Part shown: positions 1-14,658 of the stretch, in pieces | Layout: each line of letters begins with the position of its first letter | Position numbering within the stretch: the first letter of the stretch is position 1 | NCBI GenBank assembly: GCA_964035545.1 | Contig: OZ037773.1 | Span: 8,027,751-8,091,750 of the forward strand | Source: Bugula neritina | Lineage: Eukaryota > Animalia > Bryozoa | Direction: 5' to 3' | Length of the DNA stretch: 64,000 nucleotides | Program-made: the position numbers and the translations under genes | Notes under the pieces: model-generated | Seen by the model: the letters and a program-made list of their open reading frames with translations, nothing else | What the model was told of the DNA's origin: nothing | Database searches by the model: none

Positions 1-495
1 TGAGATGAGAAGACAATTTTAAGTTTATCCTGACTTGTTTACAGGCACACAATTATTTGGTAATATCTTTAGTACCTAGCTTTGAAGGTTGAGAGTTCAA
101 GTTTTTATTTTCTAAATATAAATTTTAATGATAAACTGATGCCATTCCCTACTTAAATGATTTTGCAATGCCAAACCTATTTTTTAATTTTAAACTCTCT
201 AAATAGCTTTCACCTTTTTTCATATTAAAGTTCTGATGTTATAAGCCTTTCCCATTGTGTGTTAAAGTTATAGCCTAATTTTTGTGCCGATTCTTTCATA
301 ACCTTACAGATTTTTAATGACTTCTTTTTGGGGTAATAAACTGAAAAATAATTTTACTCAACAATCGCATCCAAATGCATTAGGAAGCCGCCAGTTTTAC
401 AATTTAAAATGTTCACAGTTCAAAAGAATTCTGCCCAACACTGTATGAGATGAGAAAACAATTGCAAATTTATTTTGACTTGTTTACAGGCTAAC
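1..495. repeat. Diverged direct repeat, period ~445 bp (probable transposon-internal repeat)
   Basis: TGAGATGAGAA.ACAATT..AA.TTTAT..TGACTTGTTTACAGGC at 1-46 recurs at 446-491. Confidence 0.55.
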
Positions 496-1429
496 ATATA
501 CTTTTGTAATTACTTTGGTATGCTATATAGTCAAAACAGAGATAAAATATTATGATTTCACTTTTTTAATCGCCATTTGTCACGACAAGTATAGTAATCT
601 ATGTTGAAAATAAAAACAAATTTTAGCAGTTGGCTAAGAGCATAAATTATACGCTCAATTGAAAAGGAAACACTTGCTTATTATACCACTTTATACGCAT
701 GCATTCCTTGCCTAGCAACGGGTATCAATGTTTTTTTCTAACCATTGAGTAATACTCCGTGGCGAAACTAAAAAGTAACATTAATTATTCATTAGCCAGC
801 TTTGACAGACTATAAATCACATCTGGCTATTGACCTTTACTTGCATAATAGTGACGTGTCATGATTATAGCTACATATGAATATTGGTGCATGGGCACTT
901 TACTTTTGACCAGGCCTTTTTATTGGTTAAAAGAACATCTAAAGATAATATTTCTTTTTATATTACTGCCAATATATTGGTACCAGTATTTTTGTTGCTT
1001 GAAGGTGGATTGCGTTAGTTTGCTTTTTCTATGCAAGAATAGAACTCATTTACCAAAAACACTAAACTCCAAAGTACTGGTAACTGGTAGTCTAAACTTA
1101 GTGTAACATTTTACCAGAATTTCTACCAAAACTACTATCAGAGCTTTTATTTTCTATTTGCAAAATATATAAAGATGTTAGGCTCTACTGTAAAAGTGTG
1201 TTTGACTTCCAATTTTCCTCATATACAACATTAACTCACTTCAGCTCTTGGTTAAATAGTGATAATCAATAGATTAGAAATGACAGTAAATGATTGCATA
1301 TAAAAGGATAGCAGAAGTTACTTTTATGTTTTGCTTCTGTAGTTGTCTCAAATGCCAATTGTGACATCTTAGCCATATATGAACTCTTTCTAATTACTCT
1401 ATACTTGTAGAGGAGACGTACACATAGAG

Positions 1430-3181
1430 ATGGATACAGTTGTTCAGTACCCAGGCTATGAGTTGAAGTTCACAGACCTGTGTGTTAAGATAGACAAGAG
1501 TGAGATATTAAAAGATGTGTATGGTGTGGCTAACCCTGGGGAGATGGTAGCTATTATGGGTCCTTCTGGTAACCTTCTACTTCAAGTTTATATTTAGTTG
1601 TGGCTATAGTACCCCAGTGACCTGGGTTGATCTGCAACCTTCATATAGTGAAGCATTTGGGTGTAGTTATACTTTTGTGACATCCAAATTAGCCTAGAAT
1701 ATGTGTACTTTAAGTTGTTGCTGTTAGACCTGTCCTGATCTAAGTATTCTAACTTTTTACCAAGCTTATTCAGCTATTGTTAGTACTGCTACGCCTCAGG
1801 TAGCTTGGGGTATCTAGTTGTAGTATTTGTTATACATACACCTGATGTAGCCTGAACTGGTTAAATCTAACTCGGAATCTGCAGTTATATATATGACATT
1901 TGAAGTGAAGAGCCAAGTTGACCTTCATGTATGCTGCTTTAGCATTGATTGTACTCCGGTTCAGCCATTTTATTTTATAGTTGACAAATTTGCAAAATGT
2001 TTTTAATAAACTGTAAAGTGTACAAATCTTATTTAAAGCATGCTAAAAAAACTCACCTAATATAATAACCACGGCTACAAAATGATCATGAATATGTAAT
2101 GACTCCAGTTTTGAGAAATTCTGAGTTATGAGTCCTGAAAAATCTGCAGAAAATTCGTTGATTCTACTAAATACAATAGTTCCTAAGTCTATAGAACAAA
2201 CAGTGAAGTTTTTGCATAAGATAGTGGAATGTCCTAACTTATTAAAGATATTTTTTATAACTTGTAGTCTTTTGCCTTCTCAGGCCTTTAGAACCATAGA
2301 TCAGAAACAGATATATTGCTTTATAGTCCTTAGACAAAGTTGTTTACTGTGTACTGAAATCTAATCAAAACTCAAACCCCAGTACTACAATTTTTTATTT
2401 TTAAGTTTTTCTACAAATCGATCGGATAATTTTTTTGTATTTAAGTCTGTAAAATATTTGCCCCCACCGCGATTCAAACCACAGACCTAAGGCTTGCGAG
2501 CAGGCACGCTAAACCATTAAACCACAGGGGCTGCTGGGTTTAGGCGACACTAAAAAGTCTTTATTTTTTGCAACTTTTAATTATAGCCGTTTCATAAATG
2601 TTCATCCAATGCTATTTATTGGTATAATTTCTTTTTCAGGTGCTGGGAAGACAACTCTACTCAACTGTTTAGCTGGAAGACAAGCAATGGAGTCTGGATC
2701 TTTGATTATGAACTCTAGACCTATAAACAAACAACTGATGAGAAAGATTTCCTATGTACTTCAACATGATATATTTCTTGAAAATCTGACTTGTTGGGAG
2801 ACACTCTGGGTATGTACTAAATGTAAAACTAATAAAAAGAATAACTAGAAACAAAGTCACTTGTAAGTAAAAGAGTCTGATATTTTTCTGCAGTACACGG
2901 CTCTGCTGCGTCTCCCTGGGTCTATGTCGACATCAGAGAAGAAGGAAAGAGTTATGAATATAGTTGATACTTTAGACATGAGAAAATGTCTGCATACAAG
3001 TAAGATGGTACTGCCAATAAATTATATGCAGATATTTTGACAGTTCCAAGTTATAAAACATTAGTTTTGCAACACACTCAAGCACTTTTGAACATAGATG
3101 ACTAAGCATTACATAGATCATCCTTTTTCATGGTTCGGTAAAATGCAGGTTGTCACTACATAATTGCTCTCACTTAATATT

Positions 3182-3277
<96 letters not shown>

Positions 3278-6200
3278 GTGTGGGCCTTGTGTGTTTGCAT
3301 GTGTGTATCAACTATAAAATCCATTAGGTTGTGACATTTTTTCCTCTCATAATTATGCAATAAGCATAGCAGACTATGAACAAATGATTTCAGGGTTTAA
3401 ACGAAATATAAATAATGAACTACTAACAACAAATATTCATTTCTATAACAATTCAGACATGGTATAAATTATATGCGATTCATCCTTTGAATAGAGATCG
3501 GTGGACAACTTTTTAGAGGTATTTCTGGAGGTGAGAAAAAGAGAACAGCAATAGCCTGTGAACTACTAACTAACCCTGCTCTCATGTTACTAGATGTAAG
3601 TATACCTACCCTTACTATATATATCCTGTGAAACCTGCTCTCATGTTACTAGATGTAAGTATACCCACCCTTACTATATATAGCTTTTCAACACATAAAT
3701 AATTTTACACTTATGTTTTGAAATAGCTTCCTAACATGGTGCTTTAAATTTGATTTATATTTTCAAGTTTGAGCTGGTATGAATTGCAAACTTGTATACT
3801 ATATTTTGTAGGAGCCAACCTCAGGTTTAGACTCCTCAACTGCATTTAGTCTGTGCACCATGCTTAGAAAGTTTGCTAAGGACTCGGGCAAGACAGTGGT
3901 AGCATCTATACATCAACCTTCAAGTCAAATATTCAACATGTTTGACAAGCTATTACTACTCTGTGATGGTAAAGTGGCGTATTTTGGTGAAGTTAAAAGT
4001 TGCGCTCAACATTTCGCTTCTTTAGAGTTACCCTGCCCTGCTCACTTCAGTTTGGCAGATCACATACGTAAGTTCCAAAGTAAATAACCTGTCAACTTTA
4101 AACTTCAAATAGGTAACATCTTAGTATTGCTTAGGTATCATTTAATGTTTTGCCTTTTTGCCGGAGAGCTATGACTTAACTTAATTGACTTACTTTACTG
4201 ACTTACTTAATCGACTTAACTTAATTAACATAACTTGACTGACTTAACTGACTAATTGTTAATCATTTTAGGCCCTGCGCTTTCACTAGCCTCTGCTATG
4301 GCGCACCATTGGGCCTCATCATTACCTCCTTTGGGTGATCCCTTGTATTCTTTTTACTTTATGTATATATGCATATATATTGATGAAAATAAACAAACAA
4401 ACAAACAAACGAACAAACATAAGTATATCGTCATTTAGGTATTACTTAGACAAGTATATTTGCATAGATACTTAAACTAATCGATAATTGCTGTTAGATA
4501 GATCATGAAAATAGAATCAACTTTTTATTTTTAAACTAGTATTAATCTAAGGTAAAAGACATTCTTTGCTTATCAATAAGATCCTATAATTTATATTTTT
4601 GTTGAAGTGACTGTTTAATAAAGTAATGCAGGTATTAGCTCTAGTATTTAATATTAACATTCTATTGAAGTAATAGAAATGATAGTTCTAGTATTTTATG
4701 TTCACAATTAATAACTTTGTAGTGTCTCAAGTTAGTGGCTCACTCGAAACACAAGAGAAGCTGATAGACGGAGCTAGATATCACGGGTAAGGCACCTACT
4801 AGTACTACCAGCATATGTAGCATTTAATGCCATCTATATGACCAGTTTTGTTAAAACACCTCCATAAATCTAATCAATTTTCTCTGTAACCTTCAACCAC
4901 CTGCAACCACTTGTTACCATTTACAGCCTGCTATCGTTTGTAGCCCGAAAATTACTTAGCAAGCTCCTGTGCATATTATGATATAGGAGTCTTTAGTTTG
5001 AAGTTTTCATTGGCAATACAGATTTAGCTGCAGCTCTGTAGTTATTATATGTTTATTAATATTTTATAATAACAAATGATCGGTATTTTGAAGAAATAAG
5101 AATCTATGCTCTTCTACACTGTATTCTATACTCTTCTACACTGTATTCTATACTCTTCTACACTGTATTCTATACTCTTCTACACTGTATTCTATACTCT
5201 TCTACACTGTGTTCTATATACTCTTCTACACTGTATTCTATAGTTTTCTACACTGTGTTCTATACTCTTCTACACTGTATTTTATACTCTTCTACACTGT
5301 GTTCTATACTCTTCTATACTGTGTTCTATACTCTTCTACACTGTGTTCTATAATCTTCTACACCGTGTTCTATACTCTTCTAAACTGTGTTCTATATTTT
5401 ATATACTTTATTTTATCTTTTTCTATACTGTATTTTATACTTTTTTATACTATATTTTATATTGATTCCAAACATTTATGCAAAACTGTGCAATGATTAA
5501 ACCATAATATTGCATTTGTTACCACTGGATTCTATGTTCTACTTTTATAATTTAATTGCTCTTGAGATATTAATTTGAAGGTATCACAAAAATGCTCTAC
5601 AAGCTGAGACGAGTGTGATATTCCCCAAAGCAGAAGCTGAAAACTTAGGTTATGCTGAGAATGGAGCTACTAACTTTTCCATCATGGATACCAACAGCAG
5701 TACAGAAAATGAGTATAAATTTGGGGAGACAACTTCTCAATGCAATGGTGAAGCAATATGTATATCTTGGCTCATTGCACTGCATGCTTCATTAGACACA
5801 TGCTAACAGCCAATGAGCTGCAACCACTAGTATATAATTTCTATAAATCTATTTGATAATTTTCAGATAAAAAGTTCCCTCATCAAGATGGCACATTGTC
5901 TAGTTAAATTACATAAGAAAGAAATTCTTTATAATTTCAATATTCCTAATAATCTACATCCTTATTAAACAACTACACTTTTTTCATTTTTATGCTATTG
6001 CTTTATAGCTTGATTGCTATGCCAAAACTATTAAACTTTTGTAGCATAAGTTCTTCTTTAGCTGGCTCATGAGGTTGAAGAGAGGGGCAGGCCATGTTTC
6101 AAGTCAAATCTACAATCACTCCTGCTTTCTAAAGAAACCTGTTTCTACATATCATCTAATGCAAGTTTTTATTTTTAGGGATTACATCTGAGCGGACACA

Positions 6201-9200
6201 AATTGATATTGACATAGAATACACTAAATATCAGAGAGAGTACAACTCCATTTGGCCTACTTCATTTGTTTTCCAATTTTATGTTCTATTCTTGAGGCAA
6301 GTAATACATTGCAGTTTTAAATTCACCGAGTTACGACACATTCTAGCGAGAGCATGGCTTTTGTTAATTTGCGACTGATTTTTTGTCATTCTGATTGTCT
6401 AAACTTGCATGCAGTAAATGATCTTTGAAAGGCTTTCAAAGTTAATTAGAACAATTTCTTCTTGCTACTTTATTGCCATGCATTTTGGCATAGCCAGACT
6501 TGCATTAGCAGCACTATTTCTCTGTGAGGTATAGGTGCAGTAATGGAGAAATTTAAAAGAGCCTGCGTTGTAAATTAGAAATATACCAGAAATTGTGTTT
6601 TGCAAAAATTTCAACTATATGCATGACACACCCAAATCAAAATTCAATAGAGAAATTTAGGATTTTAAGCTAGTAAGACTTCTCCACTCCTGCACTTGAA
6701 TGTTTTTTGTGAGGTGTCTCAGCGTAATCTGGAGTCTAAAAATAGCATGTTGGCTAGTACTACTACCTAGTTATTGTGACCTACACCTATTTTGGCTGAC
6801 AAATGAAAAACCTAGCTAGTTGTTACTGTGCAAATTTCAGATCCATAAAGTATTCTTTTCCTCGGTTCATTACAAAGTCATTTCTGGGGCAGATGACATT
6901 TCTATCTGTTTTTATTGGAGCGTTATGGTTTCAAGTAGATGCAGCTGAAAGAGAAATTACCAACAGGCAAGGATTGGTAAGTTTGCTTCTAGAGACATAC
7001 CTACTGCATGTATATGGATTTCTCTATGTGATATACATTGGTGCCAGCCAAACATTTAGTCATCGAATTATCAGCAGCCTAATTGTAAGGCAGTTTATTG
7101 ATATAATGTGTAATGAATCATTCACGTGCAGAGTAAACACTAAAGTTATATTATATTTTTATTTTGGTATATTCTATACATAGTTATATTAGTACATCAA
7201 CCCTAAACATGATCTTTTTTACAACTAATTTAAACCTGAAAATTAAATCTCTGTTTTGGTTCAATGTCTTAATTGGAGTTAAGCTTGTAATTTTATACTA
7301 ATTTAAGTGCTTTAAAATGTTATATAAAATATATTTTTATAGTTTGACTTCTTAACATGTATACATACTTTCTGTTTTAGATGTTTTTATTCATTGTCCT
7401 ATCATCATTGCCTGTTTTTATGGATGCCGTTGTATCAGGTAAGTAAAGCTATAATAAAACTGCTCTTATCATATCTACAAACATAGTTTGCACCATTAGC
7501 TGTTTGTGCCAAAAATCACATAAATTTACTTTTAATAACTTAAGCAATAAAATAATTTATTCAATGGACCTATATGATTACTTGTGAAATTTTTTAGCAA
7601 ACATGTTGGTTTTATCTTTGATCTTCAATTCTTGAAACTTATTTTTCTATTGACTCACAGCGGTGGGTGACAAGTTTGTTGTGAACAAGGAGAGACTTTC
7701 TGGTTACTACAGGCTGTCATCCTATTGGCTTGCCAAGAGCAGCTGTGACATCCTCTATCATTGGCTAATTACTGTAATGTACTTTACAATTGGTTTCCTT
7801 CTTTCTGGAATCAGCAAACAGTTCACAGTTTATTTACAGATGCTAGCTGTGCTTTACCTCAACTGTGTGGTACATTATGTAAGTGTATATGTATATTATG
7901 TAAGTGTATATACATTATGTAGGTGTATATACATTATGTAAGTGTATATATACATTATGTAGGTGTATATATATATTATGTAAGTGTATATACATTATGT
8001 AAGTGTATATACATTATGTAGGTGTATATATACATTATGTAAGTGTATATACATTATGTAAGTGTATATACAATATGTAAGTGTATATACATTATGTAAG
8101 TGTATATACATTATGTAAGTGTATATACATTATGTAAGTGTATATACATTATGTAGGTGTATATATACATTATGTAAGTGTATATATACATTATGTAAGT
8201 GTATATACATTATGTAGGTGTATATATACATTATGTAGGTGTATATACATTATGTAGGTGTATATATATATTATGTAAGTGTATATATACATTATGTAAG
8301 TGTACATACATTATGTAAGTGTATATACATTATGTAAGTGTATATATACATTATGTAGGTGTATATATACATTATGTAGGTGTATATACATTATGTAAGT
8401 GTATATATACATTATGTAGGTGTATATATACATTATGTAGGTGTATATACATTATGTAGGTGTATATATACATTATGTAAGTGTATATACATGTAATAGC
8501 CTCCTCACTATGTAACAGCTCTACTGTATTTTATGTGTTGGATGCATATACTCATAAAAGCATTAAAATCTTACAAATTTATGCAAATAAGTAAAAAAAA
8601 CTTTAAATCTGTATAAAAAAATTGTGTTTTATCAATATATAGACACACGCACGCACGCACATATAAATCTTATGTGCTAATATTTTAGAATATATTTTGT
8701 AGACTTTGGGAGAGTTTTTCATAACTTGCTTTGCCAGTTATTCAGATGCCTTATCAAATGGCCTGACTCTTCTCATGGTATATATGATAGGAGGTGGTTT
8801 CTACGTGACAAATATTCCCTTTTGGATGAGCTGGCTGCAGTATATTTCGACCATGCTAAACTGTTTTTACATCCTCCTTTCTCTGGACTATAATAATACT
8901 GAGTTTAGGTATATACAGTTGTACTCACTTACTTTGAATTATAGCTAAGTGTTTGTCTAATTTATAGCCATAATATTTTAGTCTGTACCTGAATATTGAA
9001 CTGTGACAAAGCCTTCCGTTTCCTTTTTTCTATGAAACTCATGAATTTCTAAAAATAGACAGCACTAGTCACAGTTAGAATGAATAATACTGGGGTACAT
9101 ATATTTATCAGTTGGACACAAAAGACTTTATTTACATAGCAACCAAATACACATATTTCTAAGATCTCAAAGTTGTTTTCCACGAATTGCATTTCTACCT

Positions 9201-9673
9201 CACTCTAAATAAATACCTTTGCCTGGCTAGCAAGTGTCTGCAATACATTCTACTATTAGCATAAGCACCAAGCTGTTATGTAAAAAATTATTATTGTTAT
9301 TAGAGCTTGATAGCTGCTGGATTCCGTGATTTGGGCTGCGGTGTTATTGACATTATTTGGTCTGGTAAACATACATTGACCAGTAGGTAGAACACCATCC
9401 TAGCAATTACCATATGCTAACAGACGTATGTTTTACAGATGTGACTCGGTCAGTAGTCTATATCCCTCCTGTAAGATAAACCAATCAGCTCTCTCCTTCA
9501 TCAACCAATCAGAGGTGATCAAGTACATCTCCACTGAAGAGCTTCTTACTACCAACACTCTGGCTGCAGAAGGCTGGACAATGTATCATCATATCCTCGT
9601 TCTGATTGGCTATGTTGTAATATTGAAGCTAATCACTTACTTGCTTTTACGGCTTGTAAGAAAACCTCAATAA
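1430..9673 (+). CDS. ABCG (white-like) half ABC transporter, copy 1; 13 coding exons
   Basis: Exons ~1430-1568, 2640-2809, 2894-2999, 3495-3595, 3812-4067, 4723-4786, 5581-5747, 6179-6296, 6841-6976, 7381-7438, 7661-7878, 8703-8908, 9439-9673 join in phase. Walker A GPSGAGKTT, Q-loop YVLQ, signature ISGGEKKR, Walker B LMLLDEPTSGLD and H-loop SIHQP are followed by the TM domain ([18 protein letters not shown]). NBD-before-TMD order is diagnostic of ABCG. Confidence 0.93.
2385..2550 (-). mobile_element. tRNA-like module (SINE-like repeat)
   Basis: Minus strand 2531-2460: GCCCCTG TGGTTTAATGG (A box) ... GGTTTGAATC (B box) ... TGGGGGC. The acceptor stem pairs but the anticodon stem does not; an A-rich tail follows. 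Confidence 0.6.
3184..3275. repeat. (CT)n microsatellite
   Basis: ~45 CT units in intron 3 of ABCG copy 1. Confidence 0.97.
4140..4418 (+). mobile_element. 3' end of a CR1/L2-type LINE (5'-truncated)
   Basis: Local GC-richer stem-loop (GCGC..TAGC..GCTA..GCGC, 4277-4305), AATAAA running into an (AAAC)n tail at 4388-4418, and internal (ACTTA/GACTT)n pentamer repeats. Clade assignment is inferred. Confidence 0.55.
5109..5397. repeat. 22-bp minisatellite (CTCTTCTACACTGTATTCTATA)n
   Basis: ~13 tandem copies, intronic. Confidence 0.93.
7871..8492 (+). repeat. 19-21-bp minisatellite made of exon end + splice donor (TACATTAT|GTARGTGTATA[TA])
   Basis: ~30 copies starting inside exon 11 of ABCG copy 1. 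Confidence 0.95.
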
Positions 9674-12600
9674 ACATCGAAAATTGCTGTAGCTCCAATG
9701 GTGCCATAAATTCACATCTATCTCAAATTCCTAATAAATGATCAAAATAGATAGAGCATTGTATTACTAAGATACATTTTACTGTTCTATAGGCCTTTTA
9801 GGCAATGTCAAGTAGCTATCAATTAGCATATTATCATATATTTTATTCTTGAACTCATTTGTTTCAACAAACATTGAAAGTTTTCAATTAACTGCTATTG
9901 TAGATTTCTATGCAGATAGTCAAACTTTGCTTATAATTTTCCAATTTCTACTTTTAGCAAGTTCTTCAAAATAAACTACATTTTACTTTATACTCTTATA
10001 AATTGTGTTCTAAGATCGTGCAGTCTGTGACTTATAACTTTTCACACAATAAAACATTACTTGGAGCAAGTGTGTATGCATGCTAGACAATCACAGTTCA
10101 TTTTATATTTCTGTCTATATTTCCCAAACTCAAGTTGTGAATTTTCTAAAATATTTTAGCCTGCGTTCCAAGTTCTATTAAACCAGTGATAAATCTTTAA
10201 AATCTGAAACTTCATAACTTTCTATGCATTGCATTCTAATTTTTCTACTGGTTATATTACAAGCAATGTTTAATTCCTTAAGTTGAGACTATATTTGTTT
10301 AATGATTCCAATTTCTATCACTCTGCTGTCACGAGGGAAGATAATTTCTTAAAAAAAGTGTCCATGGTAATTTTACGAACTTTGTTTCTTAGAATATAAA
10401 GCAGGGTAGTGCATATTATGTATTGTAGTAGCACTACAAAATTTAAATAATAATTGTTTTTAAATTTAGTCTGTTTAAAAACTCGTAATGTGTGCACATC
10501 TTTTAGTGAGAGTTTGAGATACGTATTCTGATATTGGGTTACACAATTAATTTATTTAATAATTTAACATTTTTAAAAAACAATAGTGCTTATTTTAAAA
10601 AAAATGGTTTAAATTATTAAATTTTCACTTCGATGTAGAACTAATAACAAATACTGACCTCATTTAAATGTAAACTTTAGAGTAGATAAAGTAATACAAA
10701 ATACAATTATGGTAATTACTTTTATTTATTTTTGCAATCATGGATTGATTAATCCCAATTACTCAGATTAAAATGCACCCTTACTATGTACACGGAATAG
10801 AGCATTGCATGAATGCAGAATGGTTTATATTTTAAACTTGCTGATAATGAATAACTTAGATTATCTTTGCTTTTGTCCCACTTCAAAAGTGTCAATGTTA
10901 CACACAATTACACTCTTACTTAAATATTGCACTTCGCTTTACAGAGGCCCTGGTTAGCTAAATAAAACTTTATTATCATTTACTTTACTTATGCAAGCTA
11001 AAATAATATTGCCCCTGCTTAGTGAGGCGTGCAAAGCTGCTGGTTTTCAAAGCAGTATAAAAGTATCTTCAGAAGAGCGCAAAGGCACTATATTGACAAA
11101 TTATATAACAATGCTGTATTGCAGCTTAACATACAACATTATATATTAGGAGCAGGTAAGTTAAAGTTGCCATATTAATTGTTTATACTTCTACTCTATA
11201 AAGCACTGGTACTTTTGTAAATTGGCAAAATTGATAATTTTAAATATTTATTTCAGTATTTTACCGAGATCAAGATTTACTTCTAAATTTGGAGAAAGAA
11301 AGAATAAGATGTCTGTTTCCTGCCAACCACTCAGAGAAAATAAGAGTTTGTAAGTTTAAACTATATTTTTAAAATGGAAGAGCGTTAACATCTTTTGAGA
11401 TAACTTTGCGCTTTCAGGGCTGTAAAAAGTGAGTTATAAGAGAAAAAGAATTCGCACGTTAAAGAAATTTCTTATTATTACTATAGAAATGAAACAGCAT
11501 TTCAAAATGTAGATAAGTTAGCCATTGGGAACTCCGTTACCATCTACTATTGGTGCCAGTGCAGCCATAGAAGCTGAGTGCACATTGCATATTATTCTTT
11601 TAAAAATAGTATTTCAAATATGAGACTCTAATTTAGCTCACACTTAATGTATATAAACAATCTAGCCGTTTAAAACCAGTATATAAACGAAACTGTCACC
11701 AATGTTATAGATTTTATATTTTTCTTAAATATTTTTGGCACAGTAGTAGAAAAAGATCTGGAAATATTTTGAGAGTTTAAGTTGGTAGATATGCATATTT
11801 GTTGTAGCTATCCTGCAGAAAGAGTAACTGTTTTTATAGTATGTAAAATGTAAAAGCAAGGACAGCTGACATGCACTATTCATGCTAATGAACTTTGCTT
11901 GTCTCTTACAACATATAACATTTCTAGTCTCTTAGTTTACAGAGATAGTTTGCTGCACAATATATTTTACAAAATTTGAATAAAAGTCCAGTTAGCATGA
12001 CTTTTAGAAGTGGGATGATTTATTTAAGCAGTTGCTATGATTCAAAATTGATTTATTTGATCTTTTTTAACTTAAACCTAGTTTTTGCACTTAAGAGATT
12101 TGCATGCAAAATAAAAGCCCAGCAACTGCATGTGTAATGATTAAAAAAAGCATATGGCTTGTAGTTTTCTTGGCAAGCTGTAATTCTATTGCACAACAGT
12201 AAATTGACAAGTGGCACATTTTTATGCATTATTTTTTAATATATACCTAAATTCTATTGTATAACTTAACTTACATCCGGCAAGCCAATTCGGTAATGAA
12301 TTTTTTTTGCCGGATTTGAAATAGTGATATCAGTAGATATAATATAGTCTTGGATTACATTGCAACTTGCAATACAATCAGAGATCAGTCCCCAGGTTGT
12401 TATAGCAACACCCCCTACCCCAGCAATGTAATAGCTGGGTCGTAGTGGACCACGGGCTATCATGTTTACAGCAGCTATGTTCACAGTCTGGCCCTGCCAC
12501 ACTAATTGCTTAGTAAACAACTAGCAATGTGCTCAAACCTACCATTACTACATAAGTTATGCAATCTTTCTGGCTGCTATTGAAACTGGGCCTAGTTGAG

Positions 12601-14658
12601 ATTTTATCATAATAACAATAATTAATTCAGTGAGCAGCCATTGTATGTTTACTTCATCTAGGTTACAGTAGATGATACAATCATATTCAGGACTCGCCCT
12701 GCTGGCTGCTATTCTAACAACACTATCAGTTTAATTGTTATAATAATAAACCCTTTCCAAAATTCTAAATATTCAATTGATAACTTAGAGTTAAGGCCAC
12801 CACGGTTTTATTTTGAGCATAACGTTGTACACAGCCACCCTCACCACTTGTTCTTTTATATGCACTAAAAATGTTGTGAACTCTTACTGATGTATAATTT
12901 GGCCTGAAAAACAAATAAATTTGTAAAGTTATGCATGTGGTTCTCTCAGATTATTTATAATTATTCACTCGACTTCAAACTTTCAACAGTTTAAGGGCAA
13001 TTTTATTGAAGCTGAAGTTAAAGTTATCCATTTTGCTCAGCATTGATGTAGCTTGCTCAGCAGTTTCTTTTCTTATATGATTAGCTTTAAGTTGATTTTG
13101 GTGAATTCCCACAAAATACTCCGCCATAAATAACAAAACTGTTGGATAAAATTAACTCAAAAGTCTATAGATCTTTGCGTTAAATTTAAATCAAATCAAC
13201 CAAGCTTCATCCTCATTGCGAATGTGAGATTATTTATTGCAAATTTGGTGAACATTGTTTTTAATGAGCATTGTAAAATGTCCTATATCTACATATAGAA
13301 TATAGATGAATAATGGTATAGTTTGTTAGTACTCCTGCAACAGCTTAAATGAAAATTTCAAAGAATAAAATAAAAATATTTTTGCTGCAATCTTTTAGTA
13401 ACTTGCAAACATAATAATATTAGCTTAATGAATTTATATATTTTGAAATAAGTTGAATAAAGTGTGTTTGTTTTGACTGGTTTACAGATTATTGTTTGCA
13501 TTTTACAGTTACATCTTAATTGTTTGTATTTACTAGCTATAACATTATTGTGTTTATTTACTAGTCTAATTATTGCTTGTATCTATAATTTATATTATTA
13601 TCTGCTTCTACTATTTATATTAATATTATTTTGTATTTATTAGTAATATTATTGTTTGCATTTACTAGATACTAATTCTGTTGCTTTATATACAAAGCCA
13701 AGAACAGCAATGGCTTTCAAACCTACTTCTTTGACATTTGCCTTGTTGATAAATAATGGTTTCCTAATCATATTTAAGTACTGTGAGAAATGTTGACTAA
13801 GAGAAAATAGCATTTGACCCAGTAAGATTATTTTTTTATTGATAATTACCATGCAATTCCACTGCACGTAGTTAAGGAATAATGACTACGTGCAACAACG
13901 TGCAGGTTAAAAACCACTCTGATTTATTGCAGGGTTGCAACACCGTTCCTGGACAAATGATTTACAATTATTATGCCAAAATAAAGTAAAAAGAGTTACA
14001 CATGAGTTGATTTAAAAAAAATCAAAAAGAATATTAGAATACGCTGCGAAGTGTCAGTGATAGATTAATGAGAGTTAGTTATACTATTGTTCTATAAAGG
14101 TCATTGCTCTCTTGCCACAAACAGGAAACCATAAATCTTCCAATCAAATTTCAATCTATATACTTTTTGATAAGCCAAATTGCTATTATATAATAAAAAA
14201 AATTGTCCAAAATTTTGTGCGTATCATTTTTTAAATATTGTTTTTCAAGTTACTGATATTAATATATAAACAAGTTATGAATAATTGATACAGTATGATG
14301 CCGTAATATTGACTTATAATTTATTATAATTTTAAGTTTGTATTATAATACTTGCATTTTTTTGCCAAATCTGGTTATTTGGCGAAAAACTTTTTTCGTC
14401 CATAAAAGTGTAATGAACCGATCCCCATACACTGTTTCGTATTGTACTAAATTAATAACTACAAAAATAGTGCTTTTTTGTAAAAACTAATTATTGAATG
14501 TTGTAGTGGAATATGCTTAAACTTGAATTTAATTTCAACTGCACATAATATAATTTATGCTATGCTTAAATTTGTCTGTTAAACCATCATGAGCTGGAAT
14601 CTTAGCCAGGTTCTTTTCCAAATAACTCTATACTTGTAGAGGAGATGTACACATACAG

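Noticed and set aside
2460-2531. Functional tRNA gene
   Set aside because: The anticodon arm does not pair, there is no oligo-T terminator right after the 3' end, and it continues into repeat-like sequence; the same applies to 41839-41910.
5209-5496. Hydrophobic 95-aa ORF
   Set aside because: Translation of the 22-bp intronic minisatellite.
12266-12520. 84-aa minus-strand ORF between the ABCG genes
   Set aside because: Non-ATG start, no recognisable motif, and no consistent exon chain found.
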